Origin: Prorocentrum cordatum
Lineage: Eukaryota
NCBI GenBank assembly: GCA_963575745.1
Contig: CAUYUJ010000001.1
Location: 2,976,001 to 3,040,000 of the forward strand
Direction of reading: 5' to 3'
Length of the DNA: 64,000 bases
The notes beneath the pieces were generated by a model, which saw only the letters and a program-made list of their open reading frames with translations, was not told where the DNA came from and ran no database searches. Both the position numbers and the translations under genes were made by a program. Shown here piece after piece: positions 25,578 through 38,839 of the stretch. Position 1 is the first letter of the stretch. Each line of letters begins with the position of its first letter.

Positions 25578-26399
25578 GTTTGCGTGTTCGTGATGCGACT
25601 GTGCTCGTCGGCCGTTGCCGCCCGCGCTTGGAGTGCGCCCCGAACGCTTGCATTGGCAATCCCCCCCTGTCTGGTTGCGCCGTTGTGCTCGGATATCGAG
25701 CGGGCGGTAGATCGCCGATGCGGGCGCGCGGCATCAGGGACTTCTCCTCCCCTCTTCGAACAAGGAGGGAGGGCGAGGTAAGACGACGGACGGTGGATCA
25801 GGGAGGCAAGGAGGAACGAGAAATCAACGGTGGAGGTGGAGAGGTGCGCTCTCCCGCCCGGGCCGCGGACGCCTTCGACACTATCCCGGGGGGGAGGAAG
25901 GAGGGGGACGGAGTTAGGGGTAGGACGGCAACGGGGAGCAAGATGTCCTCGGTTCGTACCTAGCCATGTGCCTGCGAATGGGGTGCGCGGCTGCCTTCGA
26001 GGCACTCCAAACTCGACCAAAACTAAATTCACTATTCCTCCCAACTGTGTAAACACTCTGCCCTCTGTACCCCCTCGTATACAACTGCCTCACAACGGAG
26101 GTGCAATGGATTCTAATTCGCCAAGCAGGGACATGGTCCTCGTGACATTCCGGCGAAATGCTTCGGGTACGCACTTCCATCATGCAGGTGTAGTCTTTGA
26201 CTTTTCGTGACGACTGCGAGGATGCACAACTACATGCTCACGTTTTCATCGCCTACCATGGTCCTTTTCTCGCCTCAGCTATCATGATCATGTACATGCG
26301 GCTGTGTCGTTTTGTGAGGGTGTGCGTTGGGGTCGCTCATGACTTGTGCGTTGCGTTAGCCCTCACTGTTGGTCTGCGGAGGTCGTGGTTGCAGGCAAC

Positions 26400-26930
26400 T
26401 GTTGACGACTTACTGATGTAACCGTCCGTGTCGGGGGCCTTCGCCTCTTTCAGTGCCGCGTCACTCGAAGAGTGGATTGCCGTGGTCAATGACAACCCGT
26501 CGCGCTTCAAAACAACTCTCTGGGATGCTAAACCGGAAAAGTGGGCCAAGACGAAACGGGATGCTGAAGTGTACGTGACTTTCGCGTGCACCAGGTGCGA
26601 TTGCCACTCCAACTCTCCTCAACACTTGGCCCAACATGCTTCTAACATGCATGGGGTCGGACAGATCGCCAGGGAGTATATTGAGACGTACTATCGCCCC
26701 GTATGTAGGCAATGTTTCCATTCCAGAATGCGCGTGATCAAGCATATCGAAAAGAAATTCAGGCGTCGTCGGCTTGTTTTGGTGGAACATTTCCAAGAGG
26801 ATGCCCTCGCATGTGGCCGCTGAGCTTGACGGGCAGGATGCCGACCGAGCGCGTAAAATGACCAGGCAAGGACGCAGGCGACACCATGTTGACACTGGCG
26901 TTGAAGGGCTGAGTGGGCCGATGATCAGGA
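26400..26930 (+). pseudogene. LINE ORF2 3' end with C2H2-type Zn fingers (5'-truncated, frameshifted)
   Basis: FACTRCDCHSNSPQHLAQHASNMHG...YRPVCRQCFHSRMRVIKHI, continuing in another frame as ELDGQDADRARKMTRQG. Confidence 0.6.
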
Positions 26931-28349
26931 ACGGTTGCGAGGCTGGCGTCAGCCACAGATTCTTCCTGTCCTGTCCTTTTCTCCCAGCCCCACAGGTGGC
27001 CGAACAGGGACTCATGCAACACGTGAGTCTGAACAAGCAGGCGCCTCTCTGACAGACTATGCCGAGCCGTCGTGGCTACAGGTGGCACCTTTTCGCATGC
27101 ATGTGTCGCCCTATCGTACTGGCTGGCTTTTCTTTGATGCATCTCTGGGGCTCAAGACTCCTGTTTGGGGGGGCTCCCAGCCCCAAGGCAGAGCCGGATG
27201 CCGCTGGTCCGCGGCAGACCTCCATCATCTCTCGTGCAGGCCGCGCGTGGCAAGGGCAGCCGCCTTCCCTGCCACTCGAGCTGCGCATTGTCGGGGACAC
27301 ACAACCTTCCTTTCGTGCCCTGTGTTACCGCCTTGCGATCCGTGCGGGTCAATGTGATCTAGGCGTTATCATCTTTGCACACTCGGCGTTTTCGCCTGGT
27401 TTCGAGCCCTGGGATCATGCTAGATCTATCGGGCTCGAAACATACCACTGAAAGATGGGTCTAGGGCTCTGGTCATAATTTTCCGCACTGGTAGATTTGC
27501 CCAAACACTCCTGTGGGTTGGGCCCTCGTTTCGAAGACGCAGCGCCCCGCGTCCTTCCTCATCCTTCCTCCTCCTCCTCCTCCTCCTCCCGCTCCCCTCT
27601 CCCATCCCTGCCCCTGCCCTCCGCCTTTCTCTGTTTCGGCACACCCCTCGCAGGTTTCGTGTAGGGAGCTCCACCGAAGGCCCCCAGCAGCAAGGTCCGC
27701 ATAGTGTACCAGCACCCGGCGCGGCACACCCCTCACACGCGCCGTGGCCCCGCTAAGGAGCTCCACCGAAGGCCCCAGCGGCAGGGTCCGCACGGCGCAC
27801 CCACAACCGGCTCGGCGAACCGCTCGCACGCTTCGTGGCCCCATAAGGGGGCTCCACCGAAGGCCCCCACGGCAAGGTCCGCATGACCCGAACCCGACCC
27901 GCCACACTCGTCACACGCTTTCGTGGCCTATAGGGAGCTCCACCATAAGCCCCCGCGGCAAGGTCCGCAAGGTGCGCTCGCACCCAAGTCGGCACACCCG
28001 TCACACGCTTCGTGGCCACATAGGGGGCTCCACCGAAGGCCCCAGCGGCAGGTTCCGCAAGGCGCACCCGCATCCGACTCGGCACACCCCTCACACGCTT
28101 CGTGGCGTTATTGGGAGCTCCAGCAGGAGGGCGAATTAGCTAGGAAGGAAATGGGCACGACAACGGCTTCGCTCGGGGTTCGGACCAAACAAAACATCCC
28201 CCCGCAAGCCCGTACCTACTGTTCCTTTCCTGTGAACGCCTCAGTATTTGTGCTGGTCCCCCTCCTCCATTTCATCTGCATCGCGATGCTCGCAGCTGCA
28301 AAAGGTTGGGTCCCTCGCCAGGCTACTTTTGTTCGGAGCCGCGGATGTC

Positions 28350-29290
28350 AGGGGTGGGCAAAGAATCATCACGCCATGTTGTGATGGTCAGCCGCATGAC
28401 TGGCAAGGCCGCTCATGTACTCAACAACCATGTGGAACCATGAGTCAATACAGGCCGGAAGGTGCACTTCAGCAGCTTCGAAGAGGGTGGCTGCGGAGGA
28501 ATCCGCAAATAATCTTGCTTAGTGCGGAGCAAGACCCCGTCTGCATCATCAATCTTCTGCACGCCACAGCAGGGGTCCGAGGCACCAGTCCCAAGGAGGG
28601 GGAGCTGGCCAGGTTGCAGGCTGAGATCGCCGCGCTCTGCAAGCATGTCGGAGCGGGAGGAGCAGGATGAGGCTCTCGGCAACGTGAGCGCGCCTGGGGG
28701 GAGATGGACATCGACGAGAGAGGCGGTGGCAAGGAGGACCAGGAGCTCTCAGCCCAGATCGAGGCGGTCGGGGCCGTGCACGCTGTGGCATGTCGCCTTC
28801 CGTCGGGATGTGTGAGGCACGAGCCCGCACACCTTGGCCAACAGAGGCCCCCTCGCCGCCACTGCCAGACACAGTCGCAAGGCTGGTCGAAGTGGTGCCC
28901 AGGAATAGATATTGATCGGGTTCTGGCTGGGAGGGGGAGAGCGGACCTGCCTTTCCGCGGAGCACCACGTGGGCAAAGACGGGGCCCGAGGAGCAAGCCC
29001 AGGTGTTGGCCAAGGAGCGGGTGGAGCTCACGGGCAAGCGTCGTGCCAACCAGCATGTGCCTTCTCGACTGCGCCAGCTGTCGCCTGAGATGGACTTCGA
29101 GGGTGGTGATATGGGAAGGCTACGACAGGTGGAGCTCAAGCGTGAACTAGTTGAGCGACTGCAGATGGCTCCAGGAAGGAAGTGGGACATGCATGGCGGC
29201 GCGAAGGCGCCACAACATCTCGGGTGCGCTTTGCCCAAATCGGTGCGCCAACGAGACTACAAAGCATCTCCCGGAAGCTGGTGCCAACAT
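28350..29290 (+). pseudogene. Possible degraded LINE ORF1-like coiled-coil fragment
   Basis: ELARLQAEIAAL, MDIDE...ELSAQIEAV, LAKERVELTGKRRA...LRQVELKREL across shifted frames. Confidence 0.3.
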
Positions 29291-31715
29291 TGACGCGCAG
29301 TCTCGGGTATCTCCTGCTCCTCATGCTGCTCCTCCTCGTCCTCATCCCCATTCTCCCCCTCCTCCTCCTCCTGCTCGCCCTTTTGCTGCTGAAGGCTCAA
29401 TCGAGGCAAATCCACAGGTGTGCAACATATTTGACTGGCGGCTTACTCCTCCTCCCTCTCCATGCTGGCGCTCGCCGCGATCACGGCGAGCGCCCAGGCG
29501 AGCGCGACGCCTAGCTCCGCTCCGAGCTCCTCGTACTGCTCCTGCTGCTTTTTTCTGTGCCTCATCATCTTGCTTGTCCACCTCCTTCTACTAGGCCCCT
29601 GCCCGCCCCCCCCCCAGCCATAACAGCTGGCCCAGCATGTAAGTGCCCAGCATTGGGAGGGACCGCGCGGTCTTCTCCGTGACAACCTGCGCAAATCTCG
29701 GAAGATCTCGCCTTATCCTGCTCGTCATCGTCCTGCTGATGTACAGTAACTGTCCCTCCTTGTCCGGCTCCTCGTCCCACTCATCCTATCATCCTTATTC
29801 TCCTCCTTCACATCTCTCTCCGCGGCCCCCGCGATCCCCGATCTACTCTCGCGGTTCGCACAGCCGAGCAAAACACACAACGATGCGGAATGCTGCCGCC
29901 AACAGAGCTGAGAGCGACCACCTCGAAACCTCCTTCTCTTCCGCCCCATCCTCCACATCACTCATCTCTCTTCCTCCTCCTCCCCCTTGTCATGATCACC
30001 CCTCATTTCCCGTCGGCATCGTCTTCCTCCGAGGCCGAACAAATTAGCGATGCTGACAAACACCCAGCTTGAGCTTTACTACGCTGCCATACTTAGTTCG
30101 AGCACGACATAAAGCTTTGACGTATGGCACGGCGGCCTTTTAGAGCACAGTGCTTGTTGGATGTTCGTCGTACTGTCCAGAATCTCGGTTAGTCAGATGC
30201 AGAGACAATAATCAACAAAACATGCATGTGCCGTTGGCAGCTGATGGCTGTTCACTGTGGGCATGCTTCTAGACGCGTGGTTGAAAATCAACGGGTGCGA
30301 ACAGAACAAGACTCGGCCTTCGCCTGCGGCAACTGACACTGAGACTTACTGACACCCGCCACCGTGCCCTTGGCACGAAGTGGAGTGCCCCCAAGGCTCA
30401 CAGAAGTGCTGCTGCTGCTGCTGCTGCAGCCAGGATTCAAGATTCTCAAGGGCCCCGACCCCAAGTTCCCAGCGGCCCCTAGAAGCTCTGGACAATTTCC
30501 AGGAGCTCTTGGGGTGTGTCGCGTGCGTCTCCTGGAAGCCAAGAGGGTCCCAAGGCGGGCTCGGTCGCACCCAGATCCTTCGGATACCTTGAAGGCGAGC
30601 CAAGAGGCCTCCAAAAAAGCTCAAGCAAGTACCAAGAGCGCCCCTCAGGCAGCCCCGTGGTGCCAACATCGTCCCAATCTTTTAGGGCGTGCTGGTCTTG
30701 CATACTCGCGTGACCGGGCGTCACAGCAGTCCAGGCAGCCCTGGAAGCCTCCAGGATCGTCCCAAGAGAACCCAGGATGCCCCCCATATCGCCCCAGGAC
30801 GGCCCCCCCAAGAGGCCCCAAGACGACCCAAGAGGGCCACCAGGACAGCCCAGGAGGCCTCCAGGACAGTACAAGGGGACCCCCCAGGGGCCTCAAGAGG
30901 GGCCCCAAGAGGGAGAGCCAAACCAGCATATCGAGCTTCACCCCCAAGACGGCACCACAGGCCCCCGACACGCCCCAAAGAGGCCCGAACGAGGCCCCAA
31001 GAGACCTCCAAGAGGTCCCAAAGAGGCTTCAAACTGAATCCAGGAAGTTCCCGAGAGGCATCCCAAGACACCCTAACCTGCATACAAGACCACTCTGACC
31101 CACAACTCAGGCATGTTGGCGGGATGGGCCGAAGGCCATGAGACCTGCTTGCACTGGGACGGGAAGTGCTCGTACTCTGGGAGGGCGCGAGATTGCTCGC
31201 TCAGTGTCTTGAAGTCCTCGTGGTGTTAAGACTTTGTTATACCGAACACTTACACCAAACCTTGCTTTCGGCCCCTTTGGGGGGCCTCTGGGGCCTTCTG
31301 GGGACGAAATTTGAAGTTTCTTGGACCGTCTTGGGCCCTTCTGGGCCCGAAACAGCGAGAACCCGGAAAACCATCAAAAACCTGTTGTTTTTGATATTTT
31401 CTGAGGGACGTTGATCATCGGCTGCCCGCGTCCTCTTCAAACAAAAAGGAAAACCAGCAAAAACCATACGGAAATCCGCCGGCCCCCTTGCGGGGCCACC
31501 AGGCTGTAGGCCGGAGGTTCGCAGTTTCCTGTACCAGTTGCAGCTTCCAGTTTACACTGTTACAGTTCTGCTTCTTGCTGCTTATTGTTCCTTGTTGACT
31601 TCTTGCTGCATACTGTTCCTTGTTCATGGACCGCGCGAGGGGGGGAGGCCCCGAAAAGGACAATGTTAGCACGGAGAAATCGTCTTGTCTGAATTGCTGG
31701 GGTGTGTCAAAATTG

Positions 31716-32626
31716 ACACCCCTCACGCAGATCGGCGGGGTCAGGGTCCAAAAACACAGGACTTGCCACATTTCTGACATTCGGTGGCACCCCTCATGCA
31801 GATCGGTGGGGTCAGGGTCCAAAAACATAAGGGATTTGCCACATTCTAAAAACCGGTGGCACCTCTCACGCAGGTCGGCGGGGTCAGGGTGCAAAAACAC
31901 ATGGGATTTGCTACATTTCTGACATTCGGTGGCACCCCTCACGCAGATCGGTGGGGTCAGGGTCCAAACACATAAGGGATTTGCCACATTTCTAACATCC
32001 GGGGGGCCCATGACGCAGATCGGCGGAGTCAGAGTCAAAAAACACATTGGATTTGCCACATGTTTGAACTTCGGCGGTACACCTCACGCAGATCGGCGGG
32101 GTCAGGGTCCAAAAACACAGAGGATTTGCTACATTTCTGAAAATCGGCGGCACCCCTCACGCAGATCGGCGGGGTCAGGGTCAACAGAAACACAACGGAT
32201 TTGTCACATTTCTGAAATTCGGCGGCACCCCTCACGCAGATCGGCAGGGTAAGGGTTCAAAAAGCACATGGGATTTGCCACATGCCTGACATTCGGCGGC
32301 ACCCCTCGCGCAGATCGGCGGGGGCAGGGTGCAAAAACAATTGGGATTTGCTACAGTTCTGAAATTCGGTGGCACCCCTCACGCAGATCGGCGGGGTCAG
32401 GGTCCAAAAGCACAGAGGATTTGCCACATGCCTGACATTCGGCGGCACCCCTCACGCAGATCCGTAAGGTCAGGGTCTAAAAACACAATGGATTTGCTAC
32501 ATTTCTGACATTCGGCGGCACCCCTCACGCAGATCGGCAGGGTAAGGGTTCAAAAAGCACAGGGGATTTGCCACATGCCTGACATTCGGCGGCACCCCTC
32601 ACGCAGATCCGTAAGGTCAGGGTCTA
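31716..32626. repeat. About 72-75-bp tandem repeat, about 12 copies
   Basis: cacccctcacgcagatcggcggggtcagggtccaaaaacac...gatttgccacatttctgacattcgg; an isolated extra copy at about 33900-33980. Confidence 0.92.
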
Positions 32627-32714
32627 ACATGATCGACCCACGAACCCGGAAAGGAATATAGAACTGTAACACATGGCAGCATGTTCAAAGACACCTGATT
32701 GGGTGACGGGCAAA

Positions 32715-33475
32715 TGCAATGCTGAGTGTATCGATCTTGATGTACCCTGCCGAGGGCTGTGCTGTGCTGCACCGTGCTGAATTGCGATGTGACATGGCGC
32801 GATTGTGCTCTATAGCGTCGTGGATCGAGTCCTCCTTGGCATCCGAGTCCTGACCGAACTGATCTGGATCTTAAGCTCGAGCTGCCTGAACACATAGTAG
32901 CTGCCCCAGAGCTAATGGACAGGGGAACATGCCAGGAGGACGCGCCGCGGAAACGTCCCAAGGGATGCGCCAGGCGACGTGCCAGGGGACGTGCCATGGG
33001 GTCGCACCGCGGAACGTGCCAAGGGGACGCGCTACGGAACGTGCCAATGGATGTGCCACGGGATGTGCCAGGGGACGCGCCACGCGACGTGCCAGGGGGA
33101 CTCGCCAAGGGACGCCCCACGGAACGTGCCAAGGAACGTGCCAAGTTGCAATGCTGAGTGTATCGATCTTGATGTACCGTGCCGAAATCTGTGCTGTGCT
33201 GCACCGTGCTGAATTGCGATGTGCCATGGCGCGATTGTGCTCTATAGCGTCGTGGATCGAGTCCTCCTTTGCATCCGAGTCCTGACCGAACTGATCTGGA
33301 TCTTAAGCTCGAGCTGCCTGAACACATAGTAGCTGCCCCAAAGCTAATTGACAGGGGGGCATGCCAGGAGGACACGCCGCGAAACGTCCCAAGGGATGTG
33401 CCAGGCGACGTGCCAAGGGACGTGCCATGGGGACACACCGCGGGACGTGCCAAGGGGACGCGCTACGGAACGTGC
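32715..33475. repeat. Tandem duplication with about 430-bp period containing acgtgcca repeats
   Basis: tgcaatgctgagtgtatcgatcttgatgtacc begins at both 32715 and 33147. Confidence 0.85.
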
Positions 33476-34939
33476 TGGGGACAAGCGTTTCGCTCGAGGC
33501 ATCCTGTCAAAATCCAAAGACTTCCTGGCAAAACAAAAGAATTAGTCGAGACATCCTCAAAATTCCTGCGCGCGGGACGCGGCACGCGCGAGACATTCTC
33601 GGAATTCCTGCGACCGGGGCGTGAAAACAAGCATTTTGCCTGAGACATCCTTTGAATTCTAGCGTCCCACGAGGCACCCGATCGAGACATCCTCCAATTT
33701 TGCAAAGCCAGCGTTTCGCTCGAGACATCCTCAACACATTCTGAAAAACAAGCGTTTCGCCAGGGACATCCTCAAAAATAATTCCGCCGGCCCACCTTGA
33801 CCTCGATATTTATCAGGGAATAATTCCGCCGGCCCACCTCAAGTCAGGTCCGGGGGTAAACAGCTAAAAGAAAACCCTGGGCCTACGCCCTTTCTGGGAA
33901 AAAACACAAAGGGTGTGCCACATTTCTGAAATTCGGTGGCACCCGTGACGCAGATCTGTAAGGATCAGGGTCGAAAAACAAACAGGTCCCGACACTGCTT
34001 CACGGCGGCGCCCAGACCTCAAGATTTAGCTTTTGCATCTCCCATTCTCCGAGAGAGGGGGCCGGCGGCAGGCGGCGAAGCCTTTACGGATCAATATGTT
34101 TGACCTCCTGGGGTCCTCTCGAGGGCCTGCTTAAGCCATCTTGAGGCTCTCCAGGACCGTCTGGAAGCCATCTGAGGCTCTCTTGGGGCCGTCTTGGTGC
34201 CCTCTTGGGCCGTTCTGGGGCCATCTTGGGCCGTCTTCGGGCCCTGGAGCCGCTGCTTCCTAAAACATACGAGGCAACGGGCCATGAGAGCCGCCCGGGA
34301 GCCGCTTCACTCGAAAAAACGCAAAAAGGAAGCTGACCATTAGATGTAGGTCTTCCCCGCTTCGCCCCTCCCCTGGAACCCCTGCCTAAAGAACTCCGAC
34401 CTCCAAGAGCGTCATCACTCGTACCTCGCTCCTTCCGTTATCTGGGCCCGCGGCTGCCTACCTCCCACCCCCCCTTGTTCTTTCTTCCGGCTAACGGATC
34501 GCGACGCTACACGCGCTTTCCGTCTTGTGGGTCCCTGGCTGCGTCCCCCCCAACCCCCCTCTGCTACTTCTCCCGACTTGCGGATCGCGACGCTTCGCGC
34601 GCTTTCCGTCATCTGGTGCTAATCCTGCCTACCCCCGCTCCAACCCCCATTGTTGTTTCTCCCGGCTAACGGATCGCGACGCCCCGTGCGCTGTCCGTCA
34701 ACTGGGTCCACTCCCCCTTGTTATTTCTCCCAATTAGCGGATCGCGACGCAAGCGCGCGTTCCGCCATCTGGGTCCGCAATAGCCAACCCCCTTACACTC
34801 CCCCTTGTTAATTCTCTCGGCTAACGTATCGCAAAGCTACACGCGCTTTCCGTCATCCGCCGCCTCCTGTTGATTTAGCACACGGGTACCCGCTGGCCAC
34901 CTGGAAAGCCTGGGACAATTCAGTCTCCATTGCCAAAAT

Positions 34940-35580
34940 AGCCTCCAAGACGGTCACGATGCCTCCAGAACAAGCCGGTCAAGACGGCCCCAAGAGATCG
35001 CAAGTATAGCCCCAAGATGGCCTTCAAGACGGTCCCAAGATGCTTCCAAAACCGCCAAGATGGTCCAAGAGAGCCCAAGAAGGCCCAAGAAGCGCCCAAG
35101 AGGCCTCTTAGGCGGCCCAAGACGACTCCAAGAGGTCCTACAGGAAGGTCCAGAGAGGCCGAAATCATCGTGTTTCCTTTTGTTTTGGAAGGATTGTTTC
35201 AAAGGAGCTTTCCGACGGCCCAAGACGGCCCAGGAGGCACCCAATATGGCCACAAGATCGCCCAAGAGGCTTCCATGACGGCCCCAGGGCGGCCCAAGAG
35301 GGTCCTAAGACGGCCCCCAAATTGTCCCAAGACTGCTCAAGAGGCCTCCAAGACGCCCAAGATGGCCTTTCGAAAGATCCTGAAGGGGCCCCATAAGAGC
35401 CCCAAAACATCCCAGAAAGGCTCCAAAGTCGGCTTCCGACGGCGTCAGACGGGCTAGGAACGCCGTAAGACAGTCAAAGAGGCCCCCAAGAAGCTCCCAA
35501 ATACCCTCAAGAGGCTCAAGGAGGCCCCCAAGAGGCTTCCGATGAGGCCCCCAGGAATGACCCAAGAGGCACCCAAGAGG
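34940..35580. repeat. 'GGCCCCAAGA'-type low-complexity dispersed repeat family
   Basis: Same family at about 20090, 22630, 23720, 30530, 34100, 44800, 52100, 53810, 57440 and 60160, in both orientations. Confidence 0.8.
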
Positions 35581-37836
35581 AATCCTCATCCTTCTCCTCA
35601 TCCTCCTTGTTCCTCCCTCTGCTAATAATCCTCTTCCTCCCCCACGTGTTCCCTGAATGGCTTCCCCAACGGCTGGGGGAACGTAAGGTCCAATAGCGTG
35701 GCCAAACTTTGCCAAAATGTTTGGCCACATAGACGTATCCTGAAAAGCAGGGGGCGGCTGTGATTATGACTTGCTGCAGGCGTCTACGATAATCTGGTGC
35801 TAGAAACTTGCTGTATTGCTTGATTGGAGAGTGTGCCTTGTGGCGGCCCTTTATTCACACGTGCCCGAGATTGGACGGCACGACCTGGCCAGACGATTCG
35901 GAGAAAGCCGAATGGACTGAATGTTTGGCTTGACGTTCGGGCCCCCTCTCGCAAAACGTGCTGGTGATGCCGATGCTCCTCACAATGGTTCTTTCTGACG
36001 ACCACGATTGGCGTCGTGATCGCCGTTGCCACCGCCCTCGTTGCCATCACGTGTAACTCATGCGCATTTTGGCCGTAAGTGGGCCCAGCTAATGAAGGCG
36101 CCCTCGACAGAGGCGGGTCCGAAATATGAATGCGCGAATGAACGAGGGTCCGATTAATCAGTTCATTTGGGGGAGGGGGAGGTGATCGTTGATGCATCGA
36201 CAGACGGGGGTGGGACGAGGAAGCGAGGGAGAGGGGCACGGCCAGAGGGACCTGCGGAAAGGTCGGGAGGAGAAGAATGGATGGAGGGGGGACGGAGGGC
36301 GGCGGGGCGGGGCAGCTGAGGGGGATCGTGCATGACACACGGACACACACACACATCAGACGAACCTCCAGCGACACCCGCGTGGGCAACTGCATCACGC
36401 GGTCCGATGTTTCGGGCCCCCCCCCCCGACAATGTACACCACCCCCGCCAGACCCGCCCAGTAGAATCCTTCGCCCGTCCCGCCCGCTAGGAGTCCGCCC
36501 AACCCGCCCGTCTCAAAGTCCGCCCGCCCGTCCCGCCGATTGGGGTCCGCACGACCGGCCCTTGTAAGGTCAGCAGCCCGGCCCGCCTAGCGAAGGCGAC
36601 CGCCAGCGAAGACTTGAGTCATGAGCAGGGACCGATCGTCCCAGCAGCCCTACAGGCCCACCACGAGATGATCTTAGATTTCAAAACCGTTTCAAGAACA
36701 AGAGTAATGTTCTGACAGCATAAGCCAGATGTGTTAGAACAAGTCGGTCCCAGCCAGAACTGTTCTCAGAACATTTCGTGCAAGCAACAACAGGTTCTAA
36801 GAACACTCTTTGGTGGGCCCATAGCCAAGCCAGGAGGCTTCGCCAGTGCTTGCAAGGCGACGGCCAGCGAAGACGACCGCCGGCGACATTGCACGGCCCC
36901 ACTGTCTGTCGCTGACGCTCACTGGTCTGATTTCTTCCATGCGCGGCGCGCTGAAGTTCCCGCCCCCTTACCCGGGGGCCAGCTTCTCGCCGCGGAATCC
37001 CATTTTGATGGCCCTGGCGCCCGGTAGCGCACCCTGGAGGCCAAAATCTAGGACCAGCCGAAACATGAGCTTGATTGTATCAATGGCTGAGGGACGGACG
37101 GATCTCGTACAGCAGGGGCCCTTCCACAAGAAACCTTCCACAGCAAAAAAACACCCCTGAGACCCCAGGACGCCCATTGATTTCTGGTGTGGGAACGTCA
37201 CGCTTTCCATGGCAAAACCATCGAAACCCAAGAAACCCAGGGCACCCTGGAGGCAAGCAGGGTGTCTCTCGGCATGGGCCTCCACGGTATACCAATGGCC
37301 GAGGGAAGGACGGCCAGGCTGAAAACATCACATCATCGGAGCTCTGGGTGTCTGCCCCCTTCGGGTGCTCGATCGCTCCCCCGCGCGCCGCCCCGACGCC
37401 ACGCCTGTATGAACACCTTTCCCGGGTTGTGGTCGAGCTTCGCGCACGCCCACAGGATGTCCACGAGAGTCTAACGCGGGGGGGGGAGGGAGGAGGGCGA
37501 GGCTTATGAGGATGGGCACGGCCAGGAACTTTTGCATCAGCGTGTCGCGGCGGCGGCCCCTGTGGCACGCTAAGCCTTGCGAGCGGATGGCGTGTCGCTC
37601 CGCTCCGCGGGGCATGAGGCCGGGAGAAACTCGGGAGACGTTGGCGCTTGTGAGAGTGAACGTGGATAGCGTGTCGCGCCGAAGCGTGATGGGCCAGAAC
37701 GAGCGGCGCGACACGCTAAGCCAATGCTACCGACCGTAACGAGATGATCAGGAGTTGTTTAGGGGAGCGGGCGGGGGGATCCCTCTCTCATCTGCTGTGG
37801 CCGAATATGAATATGATGATGATGATGATGATGATT

Positions 37837-37893
<57 letters not shown>

Positions 37894-38839
37894 CGTTTCA
37901 GGATGAAAGATGGCAGCAGCGGCGGCATCGGGAACATGAGCAGGACCAGGACAAATGCGACTGACACGACGATGCGGGGTGAGAGGAAGAGCACCACCAG
38001 CGGCTGCAGGAGGTGGCAGCAGGATCGTGGACAGGACCCCGACGAGGTTAACTTAGAGTCTACTGAGGCGGCGAAGTGGATGGAAGATGAAGAGGTGGAA
38101 AGGAGGCGGGTGGACAGAAGTTGGAGGTAGGAACACGATGTGAATGAGTAAGGGCAGCGACGGCAGCACCACCATCAGCAGCGTCCGCAGGGGCGGCAGA
38201 AGAGGTGGATGCAATAAGGAGGACGAGCACGACCGACAACTACCACGGGTGGGAAGATGGCATCGGACACGCTTCCTGTTGCAGTCCTGGCTGGGAAACG
38301 CCGGGCGAAAGCAACAAACAGAGCGTAGGCACGAGTATATCAAAATCGTTTACCCAGAAGCCTCCAAAATGGAGTGCGAGTAGGTAGGGTCGAAGGCTTG
38401 CGCCGCATCGCCAATGCATTGGCGACGTCGGCGATACGCCGGCGACGTCGGAATGGAGAAAGTCGGGCTACACAACGCGCCGCATCGGCGATGCGGCGCG
38501 ATCCTCCGGCCCAGTCCACTCGGACCCCATCTGTGCGGCCTGGGTTGCCTGTCTACACACGCACGGCGTTCAGTACGTCGCATGTCCCCGACTTCGCGCC
38601 GCTCCTCCTCCGAATGCGAAGCAGAGAGCATCGGCACCAAAGCCAAGAGCAAAAAAGCTCGGCTCATGTATGAAATGATTGCGAACGCCGGCCCGTACTA
38701 GGCCATCACAGCCAGGCTACGAAGACACGGCAGGAGAGACCACGCGAGCCCGCGCCGACCCAGGCGTACGACGGCGGATGAGCTGTCTGACCGAACTGGC
38801 GGCAAGGAGAGTCCCGAGGCCGCACAGCCTGGGGACTCA

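Noticed and set aside
31716..32626. CRISPR-like about 73-bp periodicity
   Set aside because: The sequence between conserved cores is also homologous between units, so it is a minisatellite.
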